Assembly (NCBI RefSeq): GCF_009914755.1
Contig: NC_060926.1
Length of the DNA: 64,000 bases
Strand: one strand, 5' to 3'
From: the human T2T-CHM13v2.0 reference genome, Homo sapiens
Part shown: one piece after another, positions 13,951-28,500 of the stretch
Numbering within the stretch: position 1 is the stretch's first letter
How the letters are laid out: each line of letters starts with the position of its first letter
Notes under the pieces: generated by a model
The model's database searches: none
What the model saw: only the letters and a program-made list of their open reading frames with translations
Told to the model about the DNA's origin: nothing
Position numbers and translations under genes: made by a program

Positions 13951-14055
13951 ATTAAAGAGTCTATTGTTGGGGAAATCAGACGGGAAATTGTAAGTGGACT
14001 TTTGGCAGCAGTATCTTCAAGTAAAGCGTCTAATTCTAAGCAAGATTATCATTAA
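13951..14055 (+). CDS. ITPRID2: ITPRID2 last coding segment of the main isoform ([34 protein letters not shown]); exon continues to 14068
   Basis: T-rich acceptor ...tccaatctag| at 13950; TAA at 14053-14055; donor tag|gtaaat at 14069. Confidence 0.92.
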
Positions 14056-14386
14056 ACAGAAATTATAGGTAAATTTTTCTGAGTTTCTTTGTTGAGCTAA
14101 ATGTAAATAGTAACTGGCATTTTATTCTTTGTTTTGTTAGTATACAGGTTTGGTTCTCTAGTTAAATTTTGAGTTTTAGAATGTATGTAATATGTTATTT
14201 TACAATGTGAAAATTTCACACAAGCCTATTTGAAGTGTAAGTCAAATCCCATAATACAAATCTCCAAGGAATTACTTATATTGGGTCATTCTACTGAAAT
14301 TTCATTATAGTAATAAATCCTGGAATTGGACCTTCAAACCTGAATCTTATTTTGATTATAATGGTATTTCAGATGTATAGTTTTAA

Positions 14387-14715
<329 letters not shown>

Positions 14716-14885
14716 GAATTAATCACAACTTCTAAGTATCTTTCCTAATTATTTTTATCTTTTAAAGAAACATATCCCATAGATTCATTTCTAATAATAA
14801 TTTATTTCAAAAAACTCTTTTATATGTCTGTCTTAGTAAAACGAATTACTTTCATTTTATCTCGTAGCTCTAATTACATTAAAAA

Positions 14886-14962
14886 ATTTTTTTGTAGAGA
14901 TGGGGTCTTGCTATGTTGCCCACGCTAGTCTTAAACTCCTAGCCTCAAGCGATCCTCCTGCT
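14886..14962 (-). mobile_element. Short Alu/FLAM fragment
   Basis: ttttgtagagatggggtcttgctatgttgccc...ctcctagcctcaagcgatcctcctg. Confidence 0.75.
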
Positions 14963-15350
14963 TTAGCTCTAACTTCATTTTATATAATATATATTAATAA
15001 TAATTCTTGGTGAATGCAAAAAGAAAGAATAAGTTGAGTAGAATAGAACTAAAAATATTCATTGAATAAGACATGAGAAACAAATGTAATTTGAAAAGTA
15101 TAATATACAATTTCAGATATAGGAAATTGGAAAGTATTTTAATAAATTATGTCACAAAGCAATTAATAGGAATTATTTTTTTTAAAGCCAGGGATATAAG
15201 AATTAACTCTCAGGAAGATGTATAGAGATTACAGGATAATCATGTTTCTGTGTATATATATTTGCATAAAATTCTCATCTTCCTTTAAAGAAGCTTTTAA
15301 TAACAGTATTTGAAAGAGGTTTAAAACTGACTTCTCTTTTCTTTTTTAAG

Positions 15351-16525
15351 GTTGGCATGGATCCTATTAGCTGTGTAATACTGGAATTATCAATGATATG
15401 CACTGGTGGAGGTGTTATTTGTGCTTTAGAAGATACTTGCTGTTGAGCTGGGCTACTGTATACAGTGTACAATGTGTATTTCTTCAACCATATATTTTAA
15501 AAAGACGTACATAGAAACTTAGGCACTTTGCTATTTCTTTTCTAAACTATCAAAAACTCTAGCAGTTTGAAAAGCCTAATATTTATTTGTATGTCAATAT
15601 TTTTCATTTGATTCCCTATTAGAATTAATTTTAAAACTTGAAGACTTCCAGACTTATCCAACTTATAAATAACATATTTCTTCAGACTAACATCTTAAAA
15701 CACTGACCTCTATGAGGTATTTACTGTGCAATAACTGATTCATTTTTTTCAGAGCTTGAAGCATCCAATGATTTTTCCCTCCACTGCTGTTAATTAATGT
15801 CACTTCCAAGAAGAAAAACTGTTCTGTTGTAAAAAATATAATTGCTCTTAATTCTTGGGGAGGTTACTAATAGCAGTAGGATAGAATTTTATGAGGTTAC
15901 CTACAACTACTTAATGTACTTACACTGTAAGCCTTGTTGCTTTACCCAAGACAAATGTAATTTTATCATTGCTTATGTAGTATTTTTCTTTTGGAAATGT
16001 GCCTTATGTTAAACACTATGTACTTTTACTTTTTGCATTGTCCAGACTTCTTTATTAGATGGAGATGTTTCTTTTTCTGTCTTCTAGACTAAATAGAGTA
16101 TCATCCAAATAATGGGGCCTATGACTTGAATGAATAGAAATGAATAAGCTGGTGTTTGTTTTTTCAAAATGGAAGTAATTTAGATTTGTTCTCCTCATAC
16201 ATAAAATGATTTTAGTTCAGTTTTAACCAGTGAAAACTTTGTTTTTATGAAAAAAAAGGAAAATGGTTTCCCATTTGGTTTTATATGTGTTAAATAAATG
16301 TGTAAAGTAACCACCAAATGTTATTAGAATTTTTCTTCTAGCATTTATAATTTTTTCAACTCCTATTGTGTTTCTTTGTGTGTGATATTTTAATCAAAAG
16401 TGGTTGAGTTGTTAACAGTGTTCTTTGAAAGAATCTCTAAAAGGCTTATAAATGTTTGAAATATCACACAAAGGCTGATTTCTAAAATATATATATATTA
16501 AAACAATAAAGTATTTATTTTGCCT
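15351..16525 (+). other. ITPRID2: ITPRID2 terminal exon / 3'UTR (first 96 nt potentially coding in the exon-skip isoform)
   Basis: Branch-like aactgac 15325-15331, strong pyrimidine tract, ttaag| at 15350; AU-rich repeat-free sequence ending after AATAAA 16505. The end is approximate. Confidence 0.85.
16505..16510 (+). terminator. Polyadenylation signal AATAAA (alternatives at 16293 and 16786)
   Basis: AATAAA followed ~20 nt later by GT/T-rich gtgttttagtggtttc. Confidence 0.75.
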
Positions 16526-16900
16526 AAAGTGTTTTAGTGGTTTCTTAAACTGCAACATGAAGATTTTGAATTAGATTTGATAGGTAACAAATGAGGTCCA
16601 AAAGAATTGCAGCATATAACCCAATAGAGTGATACTCTCTTTTCCTAGGGAAGTGTTATGATACTTTAAAAAAACAATGCTTTAAAAAATGCTGTTTAAG
16701 ACTAGACCACCCTGGAGAGAGGGCATGATTGAGGCCTCTTTGGCTTATCTAGTTCTGTGGTCATGATAATTACCATCAGAGGTCAAATAAAACTTCTCTT
16801 TAAAAATAAGCTATTAAACTACAAACAATAGATATTAAAATACTATTTAACTCTTTGTTCAATAACAGCAGTAATAACACCTATCAACCAAATGCCCCAA

Positions 16901-17510
16901 TTTTTTTTTTATACTTTAAGTTTTAGGGTACATGTGCACAACATGCAGGTTTGTTACGTATGTATACATGTGCCATGTTGGTGTGCTGCATGCAGTAACT
17001 CGTCATTTAACATTAGGTATGTCTCCTAATGCTATCCCTCCCCCCTTCCCCCACCCCACAACAGGCCCTGGTGTGTGATGTTCCCCTTCCTGTGTCCATG
17101 TGTTCTCATTGTTCAATTCCCATCTATGAGTGAGAACATGCAGTGTTTGGTTTTTTGTCCTTGCAGTAGTTTGCTGAGAATGATGGTTTCCAGCTTCATT
17201 CATGTCCCCACAAAGGACATGAACTCATCATTTTTTATGGCTGCATAGTATTCCATGGTGTATATGTGCCACATTTTCTTAATCCAGTCTATCATTGTTG
17301 GACATTTGGGTTGGTTCCAAGTCTTTGCTATTGTGAATAGTGCTACAATAAACATACGTGTGCATGTGTCTTTATAGCAGCATGATTTATAATCCTTTGG
17401 GTATATACCCAGTAATGGGATGGCTGGGTCAAATGGTATTTCTAGTTCTAGATCCTTGAGGAATCGCCACACTGACTTCCACAATGGTTGAACTAGTTTA
17501 CAATCCCACC
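16901..17510 (-). mobile_element. 5'-truncated L1PA 3' end (ORF2 C-terminus plus 3'UTR)
   Basis: T tract then atactttaagttttagggtacatgtgcac; ORF 17200..17484 [28 protein letters not shown]; TSD aaatgcccca at 16890-16899 and 17514-17523. Confidence 0.93.
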
Positions 17511-18175
17511 CCTAAATGCCCCATATTAATAGAAATATAGTAATCAACGATTTTAACTATTTAGTTTTGAAGTCACTTTTAGTTAATTTTTGACAACACA
17601 AGATACCCAGATTTTGATAATCAAAATTAGAAATATAACAGTTGCAATAATAGGCTGAGACAATCAGCAAATTACCTACATAGTATATGAATCAAATAAG
17701 AGGAGTCTCAACAACTATCAGAGTTTTATGTTCCTTCTCCCCACTTTATTGTGTACTTAACATTTGAAAGCTATCAAGTTCAAGCCACCGTGCTAGCTGC
17801 TATGTGGAAATGAAAAATGAAAGGGTCAAAAAAAAGACAAAGTCAAGGCATCTTTTAATTTATGGATACGTTTAGAAGTGTCAATGAATAACTAAAATAA
17901 TTTGAGAGACTATAGCCTGGGGTGGTCAGAGAAGCCTACCAAGGAGATGAGATTTGAGTAAAGTCTTAAAAGTAGTCAAGAACATTAGCAAAAGTTATCA
18001 AGAATACATAGAGTTTGAATTACCATGTACATGATCAAAGCAATACTTTTTAAATGCCAGGTTCATTGTGTGTATTGTGCTAAGAGCTTGCACAAAGCAT
18101 AGAAGAGAAAGAAACTTGAAATGGTGATTTTGATGTTTGGAGTTGCTATGAATGATATACCATGAGAAAAACAGG

Positions 18176-18240
18176 CAGATTTTGAAGTACATTTCAGATT
18201 TGAAGTACATTTGAAAAATTCTCAGATTTGAAGTACATTT
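18176..18240. repeat. Three copies of an 18-19 bp unit cagatttgaagtacattt
   Basis: Read directly: two adjacent copies, a 10-nt spacer, then a third copy. Confidence 0.85.
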
Positions 18241-19377
18241 CTTTCCTCTAAATATATTCAGTTGAATTTCATACATTTAAAAGTACCGAATATTTGCTCA
18301 GCTGGCCATCTTCAACCTTTTCAGAGGAACATAAGAATGCAGTAAAGTGTATATAAAAGAATGTAAAGAGAACGTAAGTTTGGGCAGTTTCTGGAGAATT
18401 GCTGCATTGCCCATGTTCTTCACCTGTACAAATGGGAGTGTGGTCTTAGGGAAGGAATTAAGCAAAACTGAAGTGTATGTTCTTCTAGAATTTTTCCTCT
18501 CCTGGAAAGAAGGAAATTATAGCACTCCTAGGAAGTGGGAAGAGGAAACATCCTATCACCTTTTAATTGAAGCTGAGGGTCTACACTTTTAAGCATCACT
18601 TAGAGTTACTTATGAATATTGGAAACATTTAATTAGCACTTATTCTAATTGCATTCTAAATGTATAAAGTTAAAATGTCATAACTAATAGTTCCTCTCCT
18701 ATACAGTTTCTTCTATGTATTGCTATTGAATGAGGCCTTTTCCTTTTTGTTCTCATTTCCACAACTGATGTTCCATTAGTCATATTGAGTAAATAACAGT
18801 TTATATACAGTGTCAGTGTAATAAATAATACTGTCACAAATCATAAGTAATAACTTGCATACAGAATGTCAGTGCTCAGCAGGGAGTTACAAATATATTA
18901 AAAGATAATGCATATCAGACAAATATCAGAGTCCATTTTCCTCACAAGGGTCTTTCTGCACACCCAAAGGAGAAAGACTTAAATTTTTGTGAACAATGAG
19001 CTTATTTGCTCACTCTATCATGGTAGTATTAGTACCTGTTTCTCAGTTGATAGAGAAGAATGTAAAGGAACTTTGCACAGCGCTTGGCACAGCTCAGTAA
19101 GTTAGCTGTTATGGTGATAGCAAAGATGGGTAAAGATAGGTGACAGGTAGATGAGTTTTGGCAAGTCAAAGCATTAAATGGGAAGGACAGAATATGGACT
19201 TATAGATCCAGGACTGACCTTTTCAACTTTAATGTGTTCTTTCAAGCAGTTGAACTAGGAACTGGTACCAGACTGCCGATTCTGATATAGCAGGTGAACA
19301 TTAATTACTGGTTTTAACATTTTCAAGAAATTTTGTTATTTGAAACCAAAAAACTGGTCATGGAATACCATTTAGAA

Positions 19378-19546
19378 CAGTGCTTCTCAAACTTTAATCA
19401 TACAAATCAAATTACCTGAGAATCTGTAAAAAGGAAAATTCTGATTGAGGTCTGGGTCCTACCTTCTAGGATTGAATTTCTGCATTTCAAGAAGCTCCCA
19501 GGTGAGGTTGATGGTGCTGCCATGGACTGCACTTTAGTAGCAAGGA
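19378..19546. mobile_element. MER5A-like hAT MITE
   Basis: cagtgcttctcaaactt...tctgcatttcaagaagctcccaggtga...cactttagtagcaagg. Confidence 0.75.
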
Positions 19547-22104
19547 CTTAGGATAGTAGGTCTTCACTACCTGTCTGCTAGATGCTTCAAAGGAAGGAAA
19601 TTGTTAAGTAGGAAAAGGATTTTAATCTCCAAGGGTACGTCATCTTACAGGCCCCTTCAAGAAACTTTTCATTATAGCCAAAGTTCAAAATGAAGAACAA
19701 ATGTAAGCAAAGCACATAGAAAGGAGACCTCAGGAGGGCCCACCCAAGGCATTGTGGAATTGTGCAATGGCCAACGAATGATCACAGTAAAAGAAAAAAA
19801 ATTGCTGATTGCTGTTGATGGCAATGAATAGTAAGTCCTTATATTGTGTAGATTGGATGTTGAGAAAATGCAAAGACCATCTGAGTGCTTCTAGAATCAA
19901 CCAGTCAAGAACCAGAATGAGACCCAAAAAAGAATTAGTCTAGAGATGCTGCAGAAAGAGATCGGATCTGGGATATGGAATTTATTTATAGCCGTTGGAG
20001 TTTGAAGGAGTTTATCATTCCTTTCAGAGAGATTCATGATATTTCACCTCTGCAGAGCACACTAATTTCTTATTCGTGTTCCTGAGTTAATTGTTTAGTA
20101 AATCCATGTACTGATGATTCATGGTTTTGCTTCGGTACATCTCAAATAATTTTATTATTTCAGCAGTCCAAGATAAAAAAGAAAAAGGCCCCTGAAGTAT
20201 AAAGCAGACATCTGAGGAGTAGATTCACAAATATCTGTTAGAACTCTGTGCCTGGGCAGAGACTGCTCTTGATAGAATCAGCAGGGTCATCAGTTAAATC
20301 TCAGTTGTGAATGTCTTGATTTATGTTTAGTCAAAAAGGACTTGCATTGTTATTAACCTATTGATATCTGTAAAATATAGACATTTCAATAAGATGATGT
20401 GTTTACCCAATCTTCTTTAGTCTGTGATGACAAATGGGAATGCATTAATGATGACAGATATATTTTTCTTTTTCCATCATGTGTTGAAAGATATGTTCCT
20501 CTCCTAAATCTCATGCATTAATATTGGGGCTCCCCGAGAGTTATTCATACATCTTCATGACAGTCCTAATACGTCAATTCTAAGTGCTTTGCTCTTCTCT
20601 TGCTCTCTCTGTTGAGGGACCCAGTGCTCCCCTGCCCTTCTGCTGGGGTCCTCAATCGGCCAAGGTTATGATGATAACACACTGTATGGAAGTGGAGGGA
20701 GTGCTTCTCTTGCTGAATTACCCCTTACTACCTTAGCAGCATAGCAGCATTGCTTATAACCCAGCTTTCTCATATGAATCCCTTGTGAAAGAATCTTAGG
20801 TCATTTCTGCTTTCAGACACATCTTCATGGGGCTTGGCCATGGGTGAAAGCGCTTGAGGCAGACATTTCGCTGTCCTTCCTATCCTCTCTTCTCCTCTAA
20901 TGCTGGCAAGCTCTCTCGCTCTCTGCTAAAATGCCCCCATTTAAATCAACTCATTCAAATCTACCTTGGCTGAATCATAGTAGGAACACAGTGTGGGACC
21001 AAACTGTTCCCTCCTACTTTCAGAAACAGACATGCATTTTAATGACAGATATGAGCATTCATATTTTAACTGTTCTATTCTGAAACCTTACCACAATTAA
21101 TTTCATTCGACCAACACTTAATAAGCTATTGAGTATAAGGAACTAATGACAAAATTAAATTTTTAATGACCTGATTATACCATTTACTAATTTACTAATT
21201 TTACTAGCATTCGAGTCAAGTCTTTCAAAATTCACAAAAGTGAATTTTTATTTTGATGTAACTTATTAGTTTTTCAATTGTTGTATAAAAAGCTGAAAGC
21301 AGAACGCAAATAACATCATGATTTCATCAGGTATATTCCTAAACCATTTTTTAGAGTAGATATAATTCTCTAGAAGTCTTTGGTTGGTCCATTCTGCTCT
21401 ATAATGGGAAAGAGAAATGAATGAAATGGCTCATAATTGCCTAGATTCTGGATACATATTATGGCAGAAATTATTTTTAGAGGAGCATAGAAACATTGAA
21501 GGAAACAATTCATCATCAGAAGTGTAGATGGATTATAGTATACAGTTGTAATTATTACTCAGGATTTTAGGGCAATTTTTCCCAATCAGGGTTAACCTCC
21601 CACAGGTTTTGAATTTGTGTCTAACAGTCCACTTATATTATTTCTTGGTTGATGGATTAGCTGCATTATGGCAAAGCTGGCTGCAAAACAAGTTTCTCTA
21701 AAATACTTTATACTTTCCAGTTAATAACAAAAGGAAAGGGAAAAGAGAAAGAGGCAGTTGGGAGAATTAGTAACAGGCTAAATTTAGACCTTTTAATGAG
21801 AAAAATTCTTCTACTATGAAAAAATTCCAACCACTGGTACTCTTAGAGCAATATGTATTTTTTTAATAGTGTGTTCTCAATTTCAGCATTACCGTTCTGC
21901 TCTTTTCTTCTTGCCCTTCAAGAAATTCCCTTGAAATTTCAGGTTGTGTAAAACAAGCTAGTTCTTGATCGGATCAGACCTGTATGTTTGAGTCTGTGTA
22001 CTGAGCCTGCTAAACACCAAAGACATCTGTGTTCACTTCTTTTTCAAAGAAAATAGTGCTGAAAACATACATAACTGAAGGGAGTAGAAAAATGTAAACA
22101 TTGA

Positions 22105-22312
22105 TGGGTCCAATTTAGAGGCAGATAGACCTCGATTCCAGACCTAGCATTGCCACTTTCATACCTGTCTAAGTCTCACCTTCCTGTAAAATGAGAAGTA
22201 ACAATTGTACCTACCTCTTTGGTTTATTGAGGAGATTAACAAGTGTAATAGCACAGGGATATTTAGTTAGCTGCCTAGTATATGGTAAGAGCTCCATAAA
22301 TATTAGCTATTA
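22105..22312 (+). mobile_element. MIR SINE remnant
   Basis: ttcctgtaaaatgagaagtaacaattgtacctacctc...gctccataaatattagctatt core. Confidence 0.6.
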
Positions 22313-24367
22313 GCAAGAGGTAATAATAGTAGAAGAAAAATACAAAATATATAGCAGTATATTAAAATATCAAGATGATACACTGCATTGGTTATCTGAA
22401 TCCAACATGAGAGAAAATACAGTTGATTTTATTCCAACTTTATGTTAAACCATTAAATGTAAAAATTATGTAATTAGTCCTGCCTAATCTTTATTTAATT
22501 CAGGGAAAGTTCAATGTGAGTTACATTTTTCAGAAGTCTCTCTAACTATTTTGAAGAATACACTTAATTGGCACCATTAATTGGGATCATCAATTAGGAT
22601 AGTTGCCGATGATAAAATGCATCATCCTGTATCACTTACTTAGATTTGGAGCTTCAGAAAACTGGCATTTTTAGTTCGGTTATTTGTAGCCCTTTAGTGT
22701 ATTTTTATAAGAATGCCTTGACACTAATATTCTCTGATGATTATCCTGTTTCTCTTCCGTGTTTCTTATTTTTAAAAATCAATTAATGAACAATTGAACT
22801 GAGCTTTTAAAAACCTTCTAGCATAGTGATTCTCAGCGGGGCAAGGGCAGTTATCAGAGTATGTGTTGTGTGTGTATATTTGCATGTGTGAATGTACACA
22901 CATATGTATGGGCATGTCGTTTTTATTCAGTTTTGTGATTTTTTTGTTTGGAAAATACTTTATTGAAATACAAACTATAGAAAAGAGCCTTTTAAAATTT
23001 CCTGAGCTGGTGAATATAGGTTTTTTAAAAGTTGAGAACAAACTTTCTAACAAATTAAGCCATTTATACTTGCTAGCATTCAGAATTAAATGATTTGATT
23101 TGTTATCAACATAGAAATATTACAAATAAAATATAATCTATCCAGTGTTCATTGTAATATTTACTTTTGAAAGGTTCTGCTCTTCAGAATATTAGAATTC
23201 TAACGGATGTGTGATAGCCAAGTGATTTTCAACTTGATTTAATTCTGAAAGACATACAATCTAAAGTTGAATAAATATTCAATAGCTAGATATTACAGAA
23301 AATTTGAACAACAATTTTTAAAACACTACTGTGGAACAGGCAGCATCTTCCTGCTAGAGGGAAGAATGTACAGCTCTGGGTCAGCTGGTTGCTGAGAGAG
23401 GAACACTTACTTAACTATGACTCGTGTATCTTAAGAGATTGAGAATCAGGAAGTGTGGACATCAGTATTTTGTGACCTTGCCATTTCATTACAAGCAAGA
23501 AAAAGAAGAGGCACTTAGGGGAAGTGACGGCCACTGCCAACTTTTTGTTTCCTATTCAAACAAGGAACATTTAGGCATCTCCAAAATATTCTGGTACAAT
23601 GCTAGAAAAACATTCTGTATGCAGCAAGTGCCTCTTCTCAGCCCATCTATTTTTATGGTTGCTGGTGAGAAACTTCATAGCTATCTCCCTAAAAATTAAG
23701 AGGCTTTTAATTGAGGTGCTGATCTATAAACACAACTATAAAGAAAGCTTCACAATATCCATAAAAAGCCCCTGGCTTGGTGGTTATTTTGTTACTAAAC
23801 TGTGTATTTGGCTTCTCCTCAAGAAGAAATGTGTGAGTGGTTTTATATACTTGAGCCCCTCTCTACAGATTCTAAGTACATAAAAGTACATTTATAGATT
23901 ATACTGTAAGTAATTTCTTTCCCTTCAAGGGGATATTATATACAAAGATCATGCCATCTGAAGCATTAGCCATTTTGGATTACTTTTTACATTTTCCCTT
24001 GTTGAAATAGCTAAGTAAAAGTTCCACTAAGGTCCAATTACACTTAGCAAATATGTTTTATCTATTGTATGCCAGGTACTTGGCTTCTTCTCACCAAGTC
24101 ATGAGATTCTATAATAACTCCTTCATATCCAGTTGTCCCTACTGTTAATGTCTTAGTTTCCACCCTCTTACTTCTTGAATTATGGCACTATTTCCCACCT
24201 GGGCCTTTCTGCCTACCAGAGTTTGCCAGTAAGCCCATATTTTTCCATTTTGTTAGAGTGGTTGTTCTAAATGCAAATATGATCCTGTCACCTCCTCACT
24301 CCTATTGCTCAGTGTCATCCATGGATGTCTCATTGTTTTTGAGTTAAAGTCCAAATGCATCCCTTTC

Positions 24368-24662
24368 TTTCTTTTTCTTTTTGAGATGGGGCCTCACTCT
24401 GTTTCCAGGCTGGAGTGCAGTGGTGCAATCACCGCTCACTGAAGCCTCAACCTCCCAGACTCAGATGATCCATCCATCTCAGCCTCCCAGGTAGCTGAGA
24501 CTACAGGCACGTGTCAACACACCCAGCTAATTTTTGTAATTTTGTTGAGATAGGGTCTCATTATGTTGCCCAGGTTGATCTCAAGCTCCTGGGCTCAAGC
24601 AATCTGCCCATCTCAGACTCCCAAAGTGCTGGGATTACAGGTGTGAGCCACTGCGCCCAGCC
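24368..24662 (-). mobile_element. AluJ
   Basis: Diverged Alu with TSD aaatgcatccctttc (24353-24367, 24663-24677). Confidence 0.88.
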
Positions 24663-24954
24663 AAATGCATCCCTTTCCTTTCTCCAATCCTCATTTCTTG
24701 AATCCCTCAATATGCAACTGTGCTTCAGTCATACTCAACCATGCTGCTCCATGCTTCCCTGTATTTGCAAGTTTTGCCCTCTCTGCTTGGAAGTCCTTTC
24801 CTTTTTCTCCGATGCCACCCATGCTTCAAACATCTATCTCTCCATGAAGCCCTTTGTGACCCACCAAGCAGAAATCACCGCTTTGTGTTTCCAATGTACC
24901 TAGGACATACATTTAAATGTGTGTGTGTACATATGTGTGTGTGCAGATGCATAT

Positions 24955-26540
<1,586 letters not shown>

Positions 26541-27006
26541 GTACATATCTTTTAATTTTTTTCATTTATTATACTATATTGCAATTAACCATTTAGTCTT
26601 CCCAATTATAATAAGACAGAAACATGCCTTACCTACTATCATATACCTAGCACAGTGTTTGGTATGTAGTAAGTGTTCTATAAATATTTGTTAAATGGAG
26701 TTGAACTAAATGGAAAATATTGACTTTTCCTCCATTATTAAAAACAACAGATAATTTTTATTGAGATATGTAATTATTTAAATTTTAGTATGATAATGTT
26801 TTACAAGAATATGTCCACTTTATGAACATAAGGATTTCCAAACTCGGTCAGATCTATAATCCATCTAGATATATTTTGTTTACTGTCAGGGAAGAAGAAG
26901 AGCTATATTATGGAGTGTTTAATTCTTCTCCATAATTTTGACATCATTGATAAAAAATATATCCTCTGAATTATTAATGTCTCTATGCAATTCTTTGTTT
27001 ACTTAA

Positions 27007-28500
27007 TGTGGCAGATTATATTTTTTAAAGATAGGTCCAAAAGAATCTCCTATCCCAACTACTCTTCTAAAACTTTGCAATTTCCTCATTAAGAACTGTA
27101 GTCTGTATGTCTTCCTCCTCTTGCAACTGGTTGGTCTCTGTGACTGCTTTTGAACAATATGAAAAATAGAATGTGGTGAAGGTAATAACCTGTGACTTTC
27201 AAGGTTAGAACATGAAAAATGCCATGCACTTTTATCTGATTCTCTTTGAATTCTTGGTCTTGGAACCCAAACATCATACTGTCAGGAAGACCAAGAAGCC
27301 TGGGAAGAGGCCTACATGGAGGAAGACAGAAGCTTCTGGCCTTTGGCCCTGGAGGAACTCCCAGCCAACAGACAGCACCAAATCGCCAATCATATGAGAA
27401 AGTTATCATGAACGTGGATTCTCCACCGCTAGTCAAGCCACCCCAGGTGATATCACAATGAATTGAAACAAGTTGTCCCTGTTAAGCCCTGCCTGAATTG
27501 TGAATTCATGAACGAAATGAATGATTGCTGTTGCTTCAAGACACTAAGCTTTCAGGATACTTTATGTGCGCATAGATATCTGTGACAAATTTTGGTATCT
27601 AGAAGTAGGATGCTGCCATAACAAAACCCTATATTTGGGCATTGGCTTTGGGCCTGGACTGTGGGAAGCAGCTGGAAGGGCTTTGAAGAGATGCTTAGTG
27701 AAAACCAAAGGCTCTCAAGTAGACTGCTAGTGGAAACCTGAAAGACCTTGAGGAGGCTCTCAGTGAAGGTTTAAAGGAAAGTGAGGACAATGGTATTGGA
27801 AGCTAAAGGAATGGGAAGCCTTGTTGGATGACGGCACAGAGTTTGCCAACATAATCATCTGTGTTAATGTGGCAAAGTGGAAATATACCTGCTAAACTCA
27901 ATGATCTAGTTAAGATTTCCAGGCAGAATATTCAAAATGCCACCTGATTTTTTTTTCATCACCTATGATAAAATGTGAGACAAGAGAGATGAGCTAAAAA
28001 TAACCTTTAAATATAAAAGAGTCAGAACTTGCCAGGTTTGAAATAAAATTGTGTCTTATGCCCTGATCCTCTAAAAACAATTACTAAATTAAAAATGGCT
28101 CTGGAAAAGATAAAATCAAGGGTGGATCCATAAGATTCTTTGTTAGTACTTAAGAAAGATTTAAGAGAGTGGCTCACAAAACATTTCAAACAGAAAAAGG
28201 TATTTTTATGGATCTTAAGGCCTGCCTGGCCATCTCTTCTCTGTTAAATAATTGGGTGCTCAAGTGCCCAAGACTCCTAAGGATATATTCCCATAGGAGT
28301 CTCAAGAAAACCCCAAATAGATAAGGGCTTATCTTGAAGAGCTTTGCAAATTTGGTTTTTGTCTAACGGAGTTGGTTATCAATTGATACACAGAAATCTA
28401 CAAGGATTTTTAAAGAATGTATTAACTTGAGCTGAAGGTAGAGGAAACAATATAAAACAAAGAAGGCTTTGGATCTTCAAATGTTTAGAGTTTGGAAGCA
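27007..28500 (+). mobile_element. MLT1 (ERVL-MaLR) LTR (~27007-27587) followed by MLT1 internal sequence
   Basis: tgtggcagattatatt start, MLT1-like end ...gcatagatatctgtgaca, then aattttggtatctagaagtaggatgctgccataacaaaacc...ggcattggctttggg typical of MaLR-int. Confidence 0.7.

Noticed and set aside
15455-15466. 12-bp perfect palindrome actgtatacagt in the 3'UTR
   Set aside because: Palindromes of this length are expected by chance several times in 64 kb.
18176-18240. CRISPR-like repeat-spacer interpretation
   Set aside because: Only three short copies, two of them adjacent, no regular spacers, no cas genes, eukaryotic context.
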